A stretch of 64,000 nucleotides of DNA from Camelus dromedarius (taxonomy: Eukaryota): positions 69,068,001-69,132,000 of the forward strand of contig NC_087444.1 in NCBI RefSeq assembly GCF_036321535.1, read 5' to 3'. Positions 37,000 through 50,490 of this stretch are shown here, in pieces. Under the pieces are notes generated by a model. It saw only the letters and a list, made by a program, of their open reading frames with translations. It searched no databases and was not told where the DNA came from. Position numbers and translations under genes: made by a program. Positions within the stretch are counted from its first letter, which is position 1, and every line of letters begins with the position of its first letter.

Positions 37000-38900
37000 T
37001 GCTCATGCCCTCTTCCTAACTAACTGGGAGCGCTCCCAACAACCAGGAAGGGGACTTCCTCATTCCCTCTGTGGGTGCCTTCAGGTTCCCTCTGGCCGCG
37101 CCCCACAAGAAAACTTGCGGGAACACGACTCACGCCAAGTCCCGCCCCTACCGGCCCATCCCAACCAAACCTCGGCACCCTGAAAGGATTCCCCGCTCGG
37201 CACCCAGACACGCCACAAATTGGCCCAGGGACTTCTGGGAAATGTGGGTCTATAGCCACCAGGCACGCGCACTGACGTTGAGCGTGCACTACAATCCCCG
37301 GAAGGCTCCGCACGCCTCAGGGACGAACCTTCCCCACCCTCCCTCAGGGCATGCGCAGAGGAGCCTGGGGTGGGTGGGGGAAGGGAACCCGGACGTCCAG
37401 CTGCCGGACGCCTGCCGAGCCCCGCCCTCCTTTGCCTCCAGGGCGGTGAGTCTGAGCTCCACGCCCTGAACACCCCTCCCCCACCCCAGACTCTGGCTCT
37501 AAAACTGCTTTCTCCCGGTCCTTCGGACCGCAGAAGGTCCTGGATTCTTCCCGCAAACTGCCCCCGGGTTCAGAGACCCAGGCCCCAACACGTCGCTCAA
37601 AGACTTAACAATACTCTCCGACCCACTCCGTTCGGGACACTAGGTATCTCAATTTTGAGACCTTCCTCCGTCAATTTTCCACTATTCTCCCGTCTTTCAA
37701 ATGCCTCTCGACTTCACCTCCAGTCTCCCCCTCTGTCTCCAAGACCTGACAGGGAACTCTCCCCATCACCCCATCTCCGCCGCTGGGAGATCAAGAGTCC
37801 TTGCCCCCCCAGTCCTCTTGCTTCTCCAAATATCCGGGATCCCAGCCCAAACCTGCACACCTTTTCCAGAACACTGAAGCCCCGAATTCAGCCCGTCTCG
37901 GAGACCCAAAGTGTCCTAATCTCCAGATTCCCTGCCTCAAAAGTTCCTTCTCTAGTTCTCTCGCTTCTCCAAACACCCCATGTCTCAGCTTCAAACTCCT
38001 TCCCTTGAAGATCCTGCCCACCCCCAACTTCGCCTTTCGTCCAGGATCCCGAAACTCAGTCTCCGGTCTCTAACCTTCCCCCCAAACCCTATCATCACCC
38101 TTAATCTGCGCCCCTCAGTCCCGCCGATATCCCGCCTCCACAACTCTCGGGGGCGCGCCTCCACCTCCCCCAACCCAAGGCAGATCCCAAGCCAGGCAGC
38201 CACACCTCACCTCAACTGCCAGATTCGCAATGACCACCTCCGGGAACGCCCGCAGCTTTTCGACCCTCCAGCACTGAGCAGGAGCCTTGCTCACCTCTCC
38301 GGGGCCTCTCGGTCTGGACTCAGGCTCACCCAGCTTCGCCCGGGAGCCGAACCGCGAGCCACGATTGGCTAGAGCCCTGCCCGCCGCTGGGGGCGGATTG
38401 GCTGGGCGGAGCCACCCACTGGTCTCCAGTAGACGCCCGACTCGCCCTTCCCTACAGTGCTCCGCGGACCATTTAAAGAATTCCGACTCGCTGGGAGTTG
38501 GGAGGCCAAGTCTCTAGGGTCGGGGGAGTATCAAAACTGTTTTCTTTCAACTCAACTATTGTCCTTGCTCCAAGATCGTCATCGTGGCTCTCTGCGATCC
38601 CTTTATACCAGACCTGGACCCCATAGCGGAACAAGAGTGGCTGGCACTCCCCACCCGTACCGCTTTCCTGGAGGGCGGGGCTGAGCCTCTCGCGGATGCC
38701 GCGCCCCTTGGTTTCCGAGGGCGGACGCTGCGGGGCGGAGGAGGATGACGTACTGAAGATCAGCCAATAGAGTGTCGCGGCCTATGTTGCTTGGGCGACT
38801 GCAGCCCCGCCCTTCGCCTCCCCTGTCCTCCCGCCCCCAGCGCTTCTCCCCCGCAGCTCTCTTCTTATAAGGACTTCTCCTTAGCGTGTCTTCTGGTAGT
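37000..38900 (-). promoter_or_regulatory. SERTAD3: SERTAD3 CpG-rich promoter region with candidate first exons
   Basis: Donor GAG|GTGAGC at 38294, CCAAT boxes at 38364 and 38397, GC boxes, NRF1-like GCATGCGCA at 37349. Confidence 0.7.
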
Positions 38901-40817
38901 TCCTCCTACCTCCTCCTGACGTCCCATCTCTCTTTCAGGTTGGCACCCCTGCTGCTAGAAACTCGTTCGTGGCTCCTCACTGTCCTGGGGACAAAGTCCA
39001 TACTCCTAATTTTTGCGTCAGACCTTCAGGTCTGGGCTGATACACACTCCTTATTCCCTACAGTCCTGCCACACAGATTGACTTTAAGTTTTTCTAAAAT
39101 GACTTCAAGTGTTCTCCACCACCATGAACACAGAAATTCTGTCTTGTTTTCTTCCCTGCCTTATCCCTGGTGCCCACAAGACACATAGCAAGTACTCAAA
39201 AATGAGAAAAATAAAAGGCTTTTGGATCTTTAAACTTGTTTCCCCATCCTGAAAATACACCGTTTCCAAGATGCCTCTCATCAGAACTGATCTCAAAGGA
39301 TTCCTTCTCTCAGAAGCCTTCTCTGAGGATTTAAGGTAGGTTAGGACCCATTCTGGTCTCCCATGGTGTCCTGTACTTCGTCCAACGCGGCCTTGACTCC
39401 TCTGCCCGGGCCTCCCCCATCCTGGCCCCGGGCTGTCACTGTCTGGACTGTGGGCCCCCTGAGGACATGTACCAAGGTTATCTGGGTCTCCCACTGCTTG
39501 GTTCCCAGCATCACCCAGTACAGAGCTGGACACAAAGCAGACGACCAGTGAAAGTTTGTTAGATGCCCAGACAATGTGACAGAAATAAAGAGGGTGGAAA
39601 TATAAGTGCTAGTGTCTCGAAAGCCTGAACCAGTATTGCCCCACCCCCACAACAAGTTCTCACCAAGGGGAGGAGGATGATTTTCTCCAGGCCACTCCTG
39701 AGAAGGCTCCTCAGACTAGTTCTCACCGGTTGGAATTTGTCAACCAAGTTGTCCAGGTGTTTGCAGAAGCAGTAGATGATTGGAATGAATTCTTTGGGGG
39801 GGGGAGCATTGGGGGCTTAGGTGGGGGGAGGCTGGAGGTAGAGAGAGAGAGGAGTGGCTTGCTCAGGTCTGGGAAAGGTGTCTCTGGGGAGTAAAGGTGG
39901 GGGAGAGTAGATTCCTAAGAGGGGCATAATTAGGAAGAGACAATTCTTCCTCTTTCCCCTCCCAAACTTGCCCCTCCAGGGTTCTGGTCTCCCGGTGGCC
40001 CCACTGTAATCCCATCTCCAGGATACAGCCCCAGGCTTCTTTCTGGATGCCTTTCTTCCTTCCCCAACCAACTGTCCACTCAGGCTCCTCCCACTCTCCT
40101 TTTTCTTCCTCAAGCCCTTTGGGCCCTCCTGGGTTCCCAGCCTCTACTCTTTCATCCTTCCATTCACCTTCACACAGTAGCCAAGGGATGTTTTACAAAA
40201 CACAGACCTGATTGTGCCCCCTCTCCAGCTCCACTCCTTGCAGAAAACCTTTGACTAAAGCTCAGACTTTTTACAACGACCCTGTACAGTTAAGAGTCCA
40301 TGGGAACAGTCTCTTGGGGCTGATCGCTCCTCTCCTCTGAGCAAAGTATTATTAACTGTGGGGATAGATTTTAGTTCCTCAGAGGGGCCGTGTGCTCTCC
40401 TGCCTCCTGACCTTTGCTCACATGGTATCTTCTGCCCAGAATGCCATCACTCCTTAGAACTTCCTGGTGGAGTCTCACCAAACCAGGTTTTGGGTGGGAC
40501 ATCCCCTCTTCCACAGAACCTTGTTTGCTCTTCAAGCTGGGCGCCTCAGCCCTCTGAGCTTCCTCCATCAGAGCCCTGGCCACTCTATGTTGTCACTGTT
40601 AGAGGCAGGGCTGTCTTTCCTGCTGGACTGTGAGATCCTTGAAGGCAGAATCACCACTGGGTCCCCAGCACAGAGCCAGGTAAGTACATGAATGAATGAA
40701 TACCCAGAAAATCTTACACGGAGGAAGACAGAGACACTGAGAAGCCCAGACAGAGCCAGAGAGAGGAAGAGTCACAGAGTTACTCCTCTGGAATAATTTG
40801 AAGCTCTTGGCTCCAGA

Positions 40818-40823
40818 TTTATT
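40818..40823 (-). terminator. BLVRB: BLVRB polyadenylation signal AATAAA
   Basis: tttatt about 60 nt after the stop. Confidence 0.85.
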
Positions 40824-40882
40824 GCTCCCTTCCTTTGTTCTCTACTTCCCAGGACGCTGTCCTCCCGGACAGGGCCAGAGCC

Positions 40883-41071
<189 letters not shown>

Positions 41072-41785
41072 TCAGATGTCCCTTCCCCCTCCCCCAACAT
41101 GTGATCACTCCAATGACCATCCCAGGGTGTCTGCAGTGTGCCCAGCCCAGATGGTTTAAGAGCTAACAATGTATGAAGTCCTTCCCACGTGCAGGGCACT
41201 AATCTGTACCCTTTACTTCATTCAGTCGACAAATCCTTACCGATGACCTATTATGTGTCAGGTGCTGGATACCCAGCAAGGGACAAAACAGACATGAGGG
41301 CTAATCCTGCCCTCAGCATGCAGTCACTAGGAAAAGGCAACTGATAAGAAAGTGAAATAGGTAATATGTCAGATGGAGAGAAATAAACCAGAGACTAGGC
41401 TAGGAACTATTGTTAATTCTATTTTACAAGTGGGCAAATTGAGTCTCGGAGAGAGGAAGTCACGTCCCAGGGTTGCAAAGGGTCACTTCCCAGTGGCAAA
41501 GGCTAGATTTGCTCTGCTCCCCAACCCCCTTCACCTAGGCATGACCTGGCTGCTACCAGGGCATCCAGTATCTGCATTATGATAATTAAAAATACCATCT
41601 GACAGTGACCAACTAAATTTGGGGGTCAAATGCAGGATATCAATTCAGGGACAACCTGGAATCATGTTCAGTAAGAAACACATGCCCTCACCCATGTGGC
41701 ATTTCAGCCAAAAGTGCTTAATCTGTGTCTGTGAGAAAACCACCAGAGAAATCCAGATATGGGATATTTAAAAAGACACCTGACA

Positions 41786-41935
41786 GGGGGAGAGTATAGT
41801 TCAAGTGGCAGAGCACATGCTTAGCATATACAAGTTCCTGGGTTTAATCCCCAGGATGGCCTCTAAAGATAGACTGATAGACAAACAAACAAACATACAA
41901 AAAAACCAAACAAACCTAATTGCCCCCCCCCCAAA
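41786..41935 (+). mobile_element. tRNA-Ala-derived SINE inserted in an old L1
   Basis: SINE head, aaac-rich tail, TSD aaaagacac. Confidence 0.8.
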
Positions 41936-42546
41936 AGACACATGGCCTGTTATATTTCCTGTTATGAGGAATATTAAAAATAAAAAAGATTTGGAGGATT
42001 GTTCCAGGGTAAAGTTGACATGGCAACTAAACACAACACATGATCCTGGACTGGATCCTGATTTTGAGGGGAGGGGGAGGAGGAAAGACTTTTTTTTTTG
42101 GCAATTGGGAAAATTTGAATATGGAGTGGATACTAAGTGATGTGGCAGAGTTAATGTCAATTCCCTTGGTGCAGTGATGTTACTGTGGTTCATACCCAAA
42201 TATTTCTTCTTGGGAGATGCCTATCAAGAGGTTCTAGGAGTAGAGTGTGCCAGTGTCTGCAATCTACTCTCAGATGGTTCAGAAAAAAAAAAATACACAC
42301 AGACATACACTTATTTTAAAATATATATATAATACATACATATTCACATATACGCACATACACATTAGATGCATGCACAGATGAAAGATAGAAAGACAGA
42401 TAAAGGAAGCAAACAGGGCAAAAAGTTAACAGGTGAATCTAGATAAAGGGTCTATGGGTATTCTTAAACCTTTAATTTCTTCAGCTTTCCTGGAGGTTTC
42501 CAAGTTTTCAGACACATACAAAAAAAGCAAAACTAAAAAGTAATCT

Positions 42547-42648
42547 GGGGAGAGTAGAGCTCAGTGGTAAAGCGCATACTGGTAGCATGCATGAGGTCCT
42601 GGGTTCAATCCCCAGGACCTCCATTAAAAAAAATGAATTAAAAAAAAA
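42547..42648 (+). mobile_element. tRNA-Ala-derived SINE
   Basis: ggggagagtagagctcagtggtaaagc...gggttcaatcc, near-TSD aaaaagta(a/c)tctg. Confidence 0.85.
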
Positions 42649-43610
42649 GTACTCTGTGTTAAATAATTAAATTTTAGGCACGATCTCCCTGGATATTCAC
42701 TTCAAACGTGGGAGATCAAGAAGTAACATCATGAGCCCTGTTTAAAGATGAGGAAACTGAGGCTCAGAGGCCACAGGCCTGAGTCCAAGCGGTGCTGGGG
42801 CTGGGACTTTTACCCAGCTTCTCCACCATGCAGCTTTATTGCTGACTCAAAGCTTTGGATTCTCGTCCCAGTAAGGTCCTGAATTGAAGCTAAACCCTGA
42901 AGCTTAAACTTCTGGAAGGCGTGCAGGCCTCCTCTTCCTGCAGGCAGAGGGCACAGCAGAATCACTGGTCCCGCAGGCAGGCAAATGCAAAGGCGATGTA
43001 AGTGCCGGGCTCCGGCCTCTGCCCTGCAATTCCCTCATCCCAGGATGTCCTCCTGTCCCCCAGACACTCACCCGATTCCCTCTCTCCCTGCGCCAAGCCA
43101 TCTCCTTAGAGATCCTCTGCTGTATAAGCAGCACCCCATTGCTCCCTTCACCGAGCTTTATTGTTTCTTCATTCATCACAAGAATAGAAATCATCTATCT
43201 CTGGTTTGTCTCCCCTGCTAGAAACGTAAGTCTCATGAGAGCAGAGATTGTATCGTCAGTACTTGTCATGGGGGCCCGACACACACTTCCCCTGCCAGAG
43301 ACATTTGTAAATGAATGAATCTCTCCATCCTTCAGTCTTCCTCTGTATCTCTCTCAATGTGGATTCAAAACCTGGGAGGGGAAAAGAGGGTGTGGTTCCC
43401 TCCGCAGCACCCCCTGGACGTGAGGCATCTTCCTCCGTATTAGTTCATCGGACAAATATTTACTGAGCACCTACTACCTGCCACGCCCTATTCTAGGCAC
43501 TTGGGACACAGCTGTGATCAAAACAAGATAAAACTCGTGCCTTCAAGAAACAAAATTTCACATTGCAAAATTCTAGTGAGGGAGACACACACTAAATAAG
43601 ATAAAGAAGC

Positions 43611-43702
43611 GGGGTGGGTATCGTTCGGTGGTAGGGTACATACTTATTGTGTGCAAGGTCCTGGGTTCAATCCCCAGTACCTCCATTAGGGAAAAAAAAA
43701 AA
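43611..43702 (+). mobile_element. tRNA-Ala-derived SINE (diverged)
   Basis: B-box ggttcaatccccagtacctcc and poly-A. Confidence 0.75.
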
Positions 43703-43911
43703 AGAATTAAGGAAAGAAACCATGTGATAGATGAGGTGAAGTGTAAGTCTCCTTCCCTTGAATACAGGCCAGTCCCAGCATAACTCACTTCTAATAGAGA
43801 ATACGGTGGAAGCAGCCCTGAGAAATCTCATGCTAGGAGAGGCCGTGTGCAGCCATTCCAGCATCAACCACCCTCTTTGCTGTGAGGAAGGCTTCCTTCC
43901 ACAAGGCTCTA

Positions 43912-44427
<516 letters not shown>

Positions 44428-45576
44428 TCACTACTGCCCTCCAGTTGCTGCAGGCAGAAATGTGGGAGCCGTCCTGGCCTGTCTTTCTCTCACAGCTCAC
44501 ATCACTGGACATTACCTCCTGGCTAGACCAAAACAGCAGCCTCCTCCCTGGTCTCCCTGCCCTGGCCTCCCACATTCTGTTCCTCCTGCACAGCCAGAGG
44601 GGGCCTGGGAACATCCAGAGAGGTTGGATCTCATCTGTGGCCCCACTTACTCCAGGTAAAAGCAAAGGCCCCATCGGGTCCACGAGGCCCCACCTGATCT
44701 GTCCACATCAGACTTCTGATCTCACTGCCCAACCATCTCCCCTTCACTTGCTCTGCTGCGGCCATGCTCCTGCCTCACAGCCTTTGCAAAAGCTGTGCCC
44801 TCTACCTGGAGTCCCCTGCTCTCCCCACACCTCCCTCATGTCACTTCCCTTCCCTGGGAGGCAGTGGGAGAGATGAAACAGAGGTGAGGAGTATGGACTG
44901 TGGAGACAGACAACCTGGTCCCACATCCACACCCCAGCTCGACCAGCCACAAGCTGTGTGACCTCTGGTAAGCTGATGGGCCTATCTGTGCCTCCATTTC
45001 CTTAGCTATACCAGGAAGGCAATAAGAACAGCTACTTGTTACTGAGCACCTACTATGTACCACTATAAATAGAACTCAAAGGAGTTTTAAGAGAATTAAG
45101 TGGCATTCATCTGTAAGGTGCTCAGATGGTGCCTAGTACACAGTAGGTGCTCAATAAATGCCAACTGTTGGCATTAACTGCTCCTGGTACCCTGCAGCCT
45201 TCCTTTCAGATTATTCGGGGCAACCATTTGTTTAATGTCCACCTCCTCGTAAACTGGGAGCTCTGTGAGGGTGGAGATCTGGTCTGTGTATCCACGGCTC
45301 TGTCATGTCCTCTAGGATGCTCTCCCTGTCTCAGGGTGGGTCAGACACCTCCTCTGGGCACCCCGTGTCCTCTGGGCTTTTTCCATCTGAGCCCTGATCC
45401 CTCTGCCCATACTCCCCCTCCCCATCATCCTGGCCCTGACTACTCTGGCCAGTCACTGTTTGATAATGGCTCTGTTGCCACTTCCCTCCTATCTGTGAGA
45501 CCCAGAGTGCAGGGCCCAGGGCTGTATTGTGTCCCTGGCATCACTCAGCAATGTTCAGGCGAGTACTTGGTGCTCA

Positions 45577-45783
<207 letters not shown>

Positions 45784-45918
45784 TTAGAGGAGACAGAGAG
45801 TGGCTGTCACTGGTGGGTGGCGGCGGTGGTGGGGGTGGCAGGGGCGGGGCCGGGGGTGGGGGTGGCACCGGGGGCCGAGGTGCAGGGGTGGGCCGTGGGC
45901 ATAGGGGGGGCCTAGTAC

Positions 45919-46083
45919 TAAGGTCATTGCGGGTGCCCAGCAGCACGATGACGGCGTCCTGTCCAGCCACGGTCTTGTCCACATCAGCTGCCTGCCGAAC
46001 ATCACCCACTATCACATGGGCTGGCTGGGGCCCCTCTGAGGGCAGCCTGGAAGCGTCCCTCACCAGCACTGTCACCTCATAAC
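45919..46083 (-). CDS. BLVRB: BLVRB exon 2
   Basis: (G)[54 protein letters not shown]. 165 nt. Confidence 0.96.
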
Positions 46084-46654
46084 CTGCAGGCAGAGAGGGG
46101 CAGAGAGGGGCAGAGAGGCAGGTCAGTGGCTTTGTGGCTGGCATTCCCAGGTGCCAGGGGCTGGGTCCTGGAGGGTGCCATGAACACCCAAATCCATCCC
46201 CTAGATCCCTTTCTCTGGGACAATGGTCTTCAGACATTTTTGCTGGCATACTCACAGTTGATATCCAGATGGTTATTAAAATAGGGTGATACCTTTATAA
46301 ATAACCGGCTCTGATGCCCCCAAGGGCCTCCTCTATGTACCCCCCTGCAACGCAACTTCTCCACCCTCCAGAAACTAAAGGGTTAATGCCCGCATCACAC
46401 TGGTCTTTGCCCCCCATCCATGGTCCTGGAGGAAGCATGAGTTGCCCAAAGGTTGTACATTGTTGGGTTTGGTCCCCCAGGCCTTCCTTACTTCTGAAGG
46501 GCTGGGCCCTGTCTTAGTGATCATTAAAGACTTTGAACATCACCTTGGCATGCCACCTACCCAAAGAACTTTGGATAACTATGTTCCCCCACAACACACA
46601 CATACACCCCCTTTTTAAAGTTTATAGCCAACATATTTCTTCCTTTGTTTTAAA

Positions 46655-46797
46655 TACCTCAGTGGTAGAGCACGTGCTTAGCATGCACAATGTCCTGGGT
46701 TCAATCCCTAGTAGTTCCCTTAAAAAATAAGTAAATAAATAAACAAACCTAATTACCTCTCCCCACCAACCAAAAAAAGAAAGTGAAAAAAAAAAAG
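46655..46797 (+). mobile_element. tRNA-Ala-derived SINE (5' eroded)
   Basis: ctcagtggtagagcacgtgcttagcatg...cctaattacctc tail. Confidence 0.8.
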
Positions 46798-47023
46798 GAG
46801 ATAAAGAGTTAATAGGAAAAAATGGTAAAGGATATTAATGTTTGTGTATACTGCAAAAAAAAATTATTANNNNNNNNNNNNNNNNNNNNNNNNNNNNNNN
46901 NNNNNNNNNNNNNNNNNNNNNNNNNNNNNNNNNNNNNNNNNNNNNNNNNNNNNNNNNNNNNNNNNNNNNNNNNNNNNNNNNNNNNNNNNNNNNNNNNNNN
47001 NNNNNNNNNNNNNNNNNNNNNNN

Positions 47024-47234
47024 AGAGGAAAACCAGAGCTCTCTCTCCTTGTGTGAGCACACAGCAAGAATGCAGCCATCTGTAAGCCAGGAAGAGAGAC
47101 TTCACCAGAAACCAAACCTGTCGATACTTTGCTCTTGAACTTCCCAGTCTCTAGAACTGTGAGAAATAAATGTTTGTTGTTTAAGCCACCAGGTCTACAG
47201 TATTTTGTTATAGCAGCCTGAGCTGGTTCAGACA
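47024..47234 (+). mobile_element. MaLR (MLT1-type) solo LTR 3' part
   Basis: gccatctgtaagccagg...ttgaacttcccagtctctagaactgtgagaaataaatg...gttatagcagcctgagc...gaca. 5' part probably in the N-run. Confidence 0.8.
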
Positions 47235-47944
47235 GCCTCTAAATAGCATTCTCATGAAAAATGAACCAGAGCTCCTTGAAGAAATGGCTGCTTGCTGGGC
47301 TGGGGCAGGGAGGGGACCAGATGAGCCTGGAACATCTTGTACCACCAGCTGGTGAAGCAGTGCTTAAAGAGTGATGGGGTGATGACAAGAGAACACAGAA
47401 GCCACTTGAAGGGGTTTTCACTGGGCAAATCAAGGGCAATATGATTTGTCCAAAAGAATACTGATGGCATGGCAAAGAAGTGAAACATCAAATATACAAT
47501 AAAAATTCTGGGAGTTCATAATGATATTAAGAAACTTCATTGATCATCATTAGTATCTATCAGAAGACTAATCCATTACCCTGAAAATGAAAAAGGAAAA
47601 GAAAAACAACAAAATTGTTCCATTTCTTTTGATAGCTGTCATCCTATATTTGAAAAACAAATGATTCAAGATCTGTACACTCTGGGGTGATGATGATGAT
47701 GATAATGACACGTAATATTTATAGAGCACTCACTATGTGCCAAGTGCCTTGCATTTATTAGCATATTAAATCCTCAAAGTAACCCTGGGTTTGACCTCTG
47801 GCCCTACCACTAGCTAGCTGCATGACACTGGGCATGTCACTTAACCTCTCTGGGCCTTAGGGCCTTCATTTGTCAAGTGACACTAATAATAGTCTCTACC
47901 TTATAAGGTTGTTGTAGGTTTAAATAATATATCTAAAAGTTTAA

Positions 47945-49225
47945 TTGAGTAGGGTGATTTTTGATAAGAATGCCAAGATAATNNNNNNNNNNNNNNNNNN
48001 NNNNNNNNNNNNNNNNNNNNNNNNNNNNNNNNNNNNNNNNNNNNNNNNNNNNNNNNNNNNNNNNNNNNNNNNNNNNNNNNNNNNNNNNNNNNNNNNNNNN
48101 NNNNNNNNNNNNNNNNNNNNNNNNNNNNNNNNNNNNNNNNNNNNNNNNNNNNNNNNNNNNNNNNNNNNNNNNNNNNNNNNNNNNNNNNNNNNNNNNNNAA
48201 AAGCAACAAAAGAAAAAGTAGATACCTTGGACATCACCAAAATTNNNNNNNNNNNNNNNNNNNNNNNNNNNNNNNNNNNNNNNNNNNNNNNNNNNNNNNN
48301 NNNNNNNNNNNNNNNNNNNNNNNNNNNNNNNNNNNNNNNNNNNNNNNNNNNNNNNNNNNNNNNNNNNNNNNNNNNNNNNNNNNNNNNNNNAATATTAAGA
48401 ACTGGGCAAAAGATGTAAAGAGACATTTCTCCAAAGAAGATACACAAATGGCCAATAAATACATGAAAAGATACTCAATATCTTTAGCCATCAGGGAAAT
48501 ACCAGTCAAAACCACAGTGAGATATCCTTTCATACCACTAGGATGACTATAATCAAAAGACATAATAAACGTTGGTGTGCATGTGGGGAAACTGGAACCT
48601 TCCTAGACTGCTGATGGGAGTGTTGAATGATGCAGCTGCTTTGGAAAACAGTCAGACAGTTCCTCAAAAGNNNNNNNNNNNNNNNNNNNNNNNNNNNNNN
48701 NNNNNNNNNNNNNNNNNNNNNNNNNNNNNNNNNNNNNNNNNNNNNNNNNNNNNNNNNNNNNNNNNNNNNNNNNNNNNNNNNNNNNNNNNNNNNNNNNNNN
48801 NNNNNNNNNNNNNNNNNNNNNNNNNNNNNNNNNNNNNNNNNNNNNNNNNNNNNNNNNNNNNNNNNNNNNNNNNNNNNNNNNNNNNAAGTAACAACACATT
48901 GATACATGCCATGACATGGATGAACCTTGAAAAAATACATATTCTTTTTGCTAAGTGAAGGAAGCCACATAGTGTATGAGTTCATTTATATGAAGTGTCC
49001 CCAAGAGGTAAGTCCATATAAACAGAAAGTAGGTGAGTGGTTGCCTAGGGCTGGGGAAGGGGTTGAGCAGGAAAATGGGGAATGACTTCTAGGGGTTTAT
49101 TTTGTGGTGATAAACATGCTTTAAATTGATTGTGATGATGTTTGCATAAGTGTGAATATGTTAAAAACCACTGAATTATATGGTATGTGAATAATATGTT
49201 AATAAAGCCCTTATAAAAATGCAAA
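47945..49225 (+). mobile_element. L1 (L1MA/MB-type) ORF2 end and 3' UTR, partly masked
   Basis: agacatttctccaaagaagatacacaaatggccaa...aaaccacagtgagata...tggatgaaccttgaaa. Confidence 0.85.
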
Positions 49226-50357
49226 ACAAACAAAGGAAAGGGTGAGAAGCGTCTGGCATAGGAAAGAGAGCTAAATGGGTGTTGGCTGTTTCTGTGTTAT
49301 ATGTTACTGTGTTATATGTCACTATGTTAATCATCTCACAATTTTATTTCCCATTCTGGTCTAGTCCTCCCCGGGCTCCTGGCCCATCTGGACCCCTCCG
49401 ATCCATATTCCACATGGCAGCTAGAGAGAGCTTTCCACAGTTACTGCAAAGCGCCCCCAGCTCAGATCCCTCCCATGCCACCCCTACCCCCCGCCAGTGC
49501 CCTGAGATAGTCAGGCTCTTGGTGCCAGCCTTCTAGTTCCCCCAGGATCTGGCCTCTCCTCTCCAGTCTGCGCTGGAGCCACTGCCCTTTTCACCCACTG
49601 AGCTTCTTTCACTTCTTCAAATGCATCATGCTGTCTCCTGCATCCTGTAGGCAGGAGGCACGTGCCCCTCTGCCTGGAGCACCCTTACCCGCTTTCTCCA
49701 GAAGCCCCAGCTGATCATGCTTCCTCTGTCACGGCCCTACTTATGTTGACCTGGAATAAAGCAAGGGCCCTGTGGGTCCAGGGACTGTGTCATACTCACC
49801 ACCACCTCCCTGACTTCTTATGAACACAAGAGCCCAGGCTTTACTGCCCCAGGGACCTGGGTTCAAACTCTGGCTCCACCTCTTACTAGCTGAGGAACCT
49901 GAGGAGACACCTTGCCTGACTGGCCCTCAGTTTCCTCTCTAAAGATCAGAATCCCCAGCATCCCCATCCTATGTGACCACCTTTTATAAGGGAATGAAAC
50001 AAACCTGTGCTGCCCTCACACACATCGGGTGGGGGGCAATGGGGCTTTCAGGGTGCCAGTATAGGCACTGGTTAACTACCACTGTATTAGTTAAAACAGA
50101 CCGTAGTAAACTGTGGGTATTTTGGGGGAGAAACATGTTCTCACAGACCCTGAGAGCTCTGACACAAGCCTAGCAAAGGAGTACCCATCAGTGTTACATC
50201 ACTGATAATTAGTGACATTTATCGAGTCTCCTATGTGCCAAGTGCTGTGCTAAGCTTTTCCCACAGATGAGTTGTTTTCCCCAAAATTTTAACACAACCC
50301 ACAGTTAAATTTAAATAGCCACATGTGGCTAGTGGCTACTGTACCAAACTATAGTTT

Positions 50358-50490
50358 TATTATTTATTTATTTATCTGTTTATTTGGGTGGGAGGTAATT
50401 AGATTTTCTTTTTTAATAGAGGTACTGGGGATTGAACTCAGGACCTCATGCATGCTAAGCACACATTCTACCATTGAAATATACCCTCCC
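50358..50490 (-). mobile_element. tRNA-Ala-derived SINE
   Basis: Reverse-strand head gggagggtatatttcaatggtag... and (taaa)n tail. Confidence 0.82.

Noticed and set aside
46809-48985. Many ORFs containing long X runs
   Set aside because: They stay open only because Ns hide stops; the flanks are MaLR and L1.
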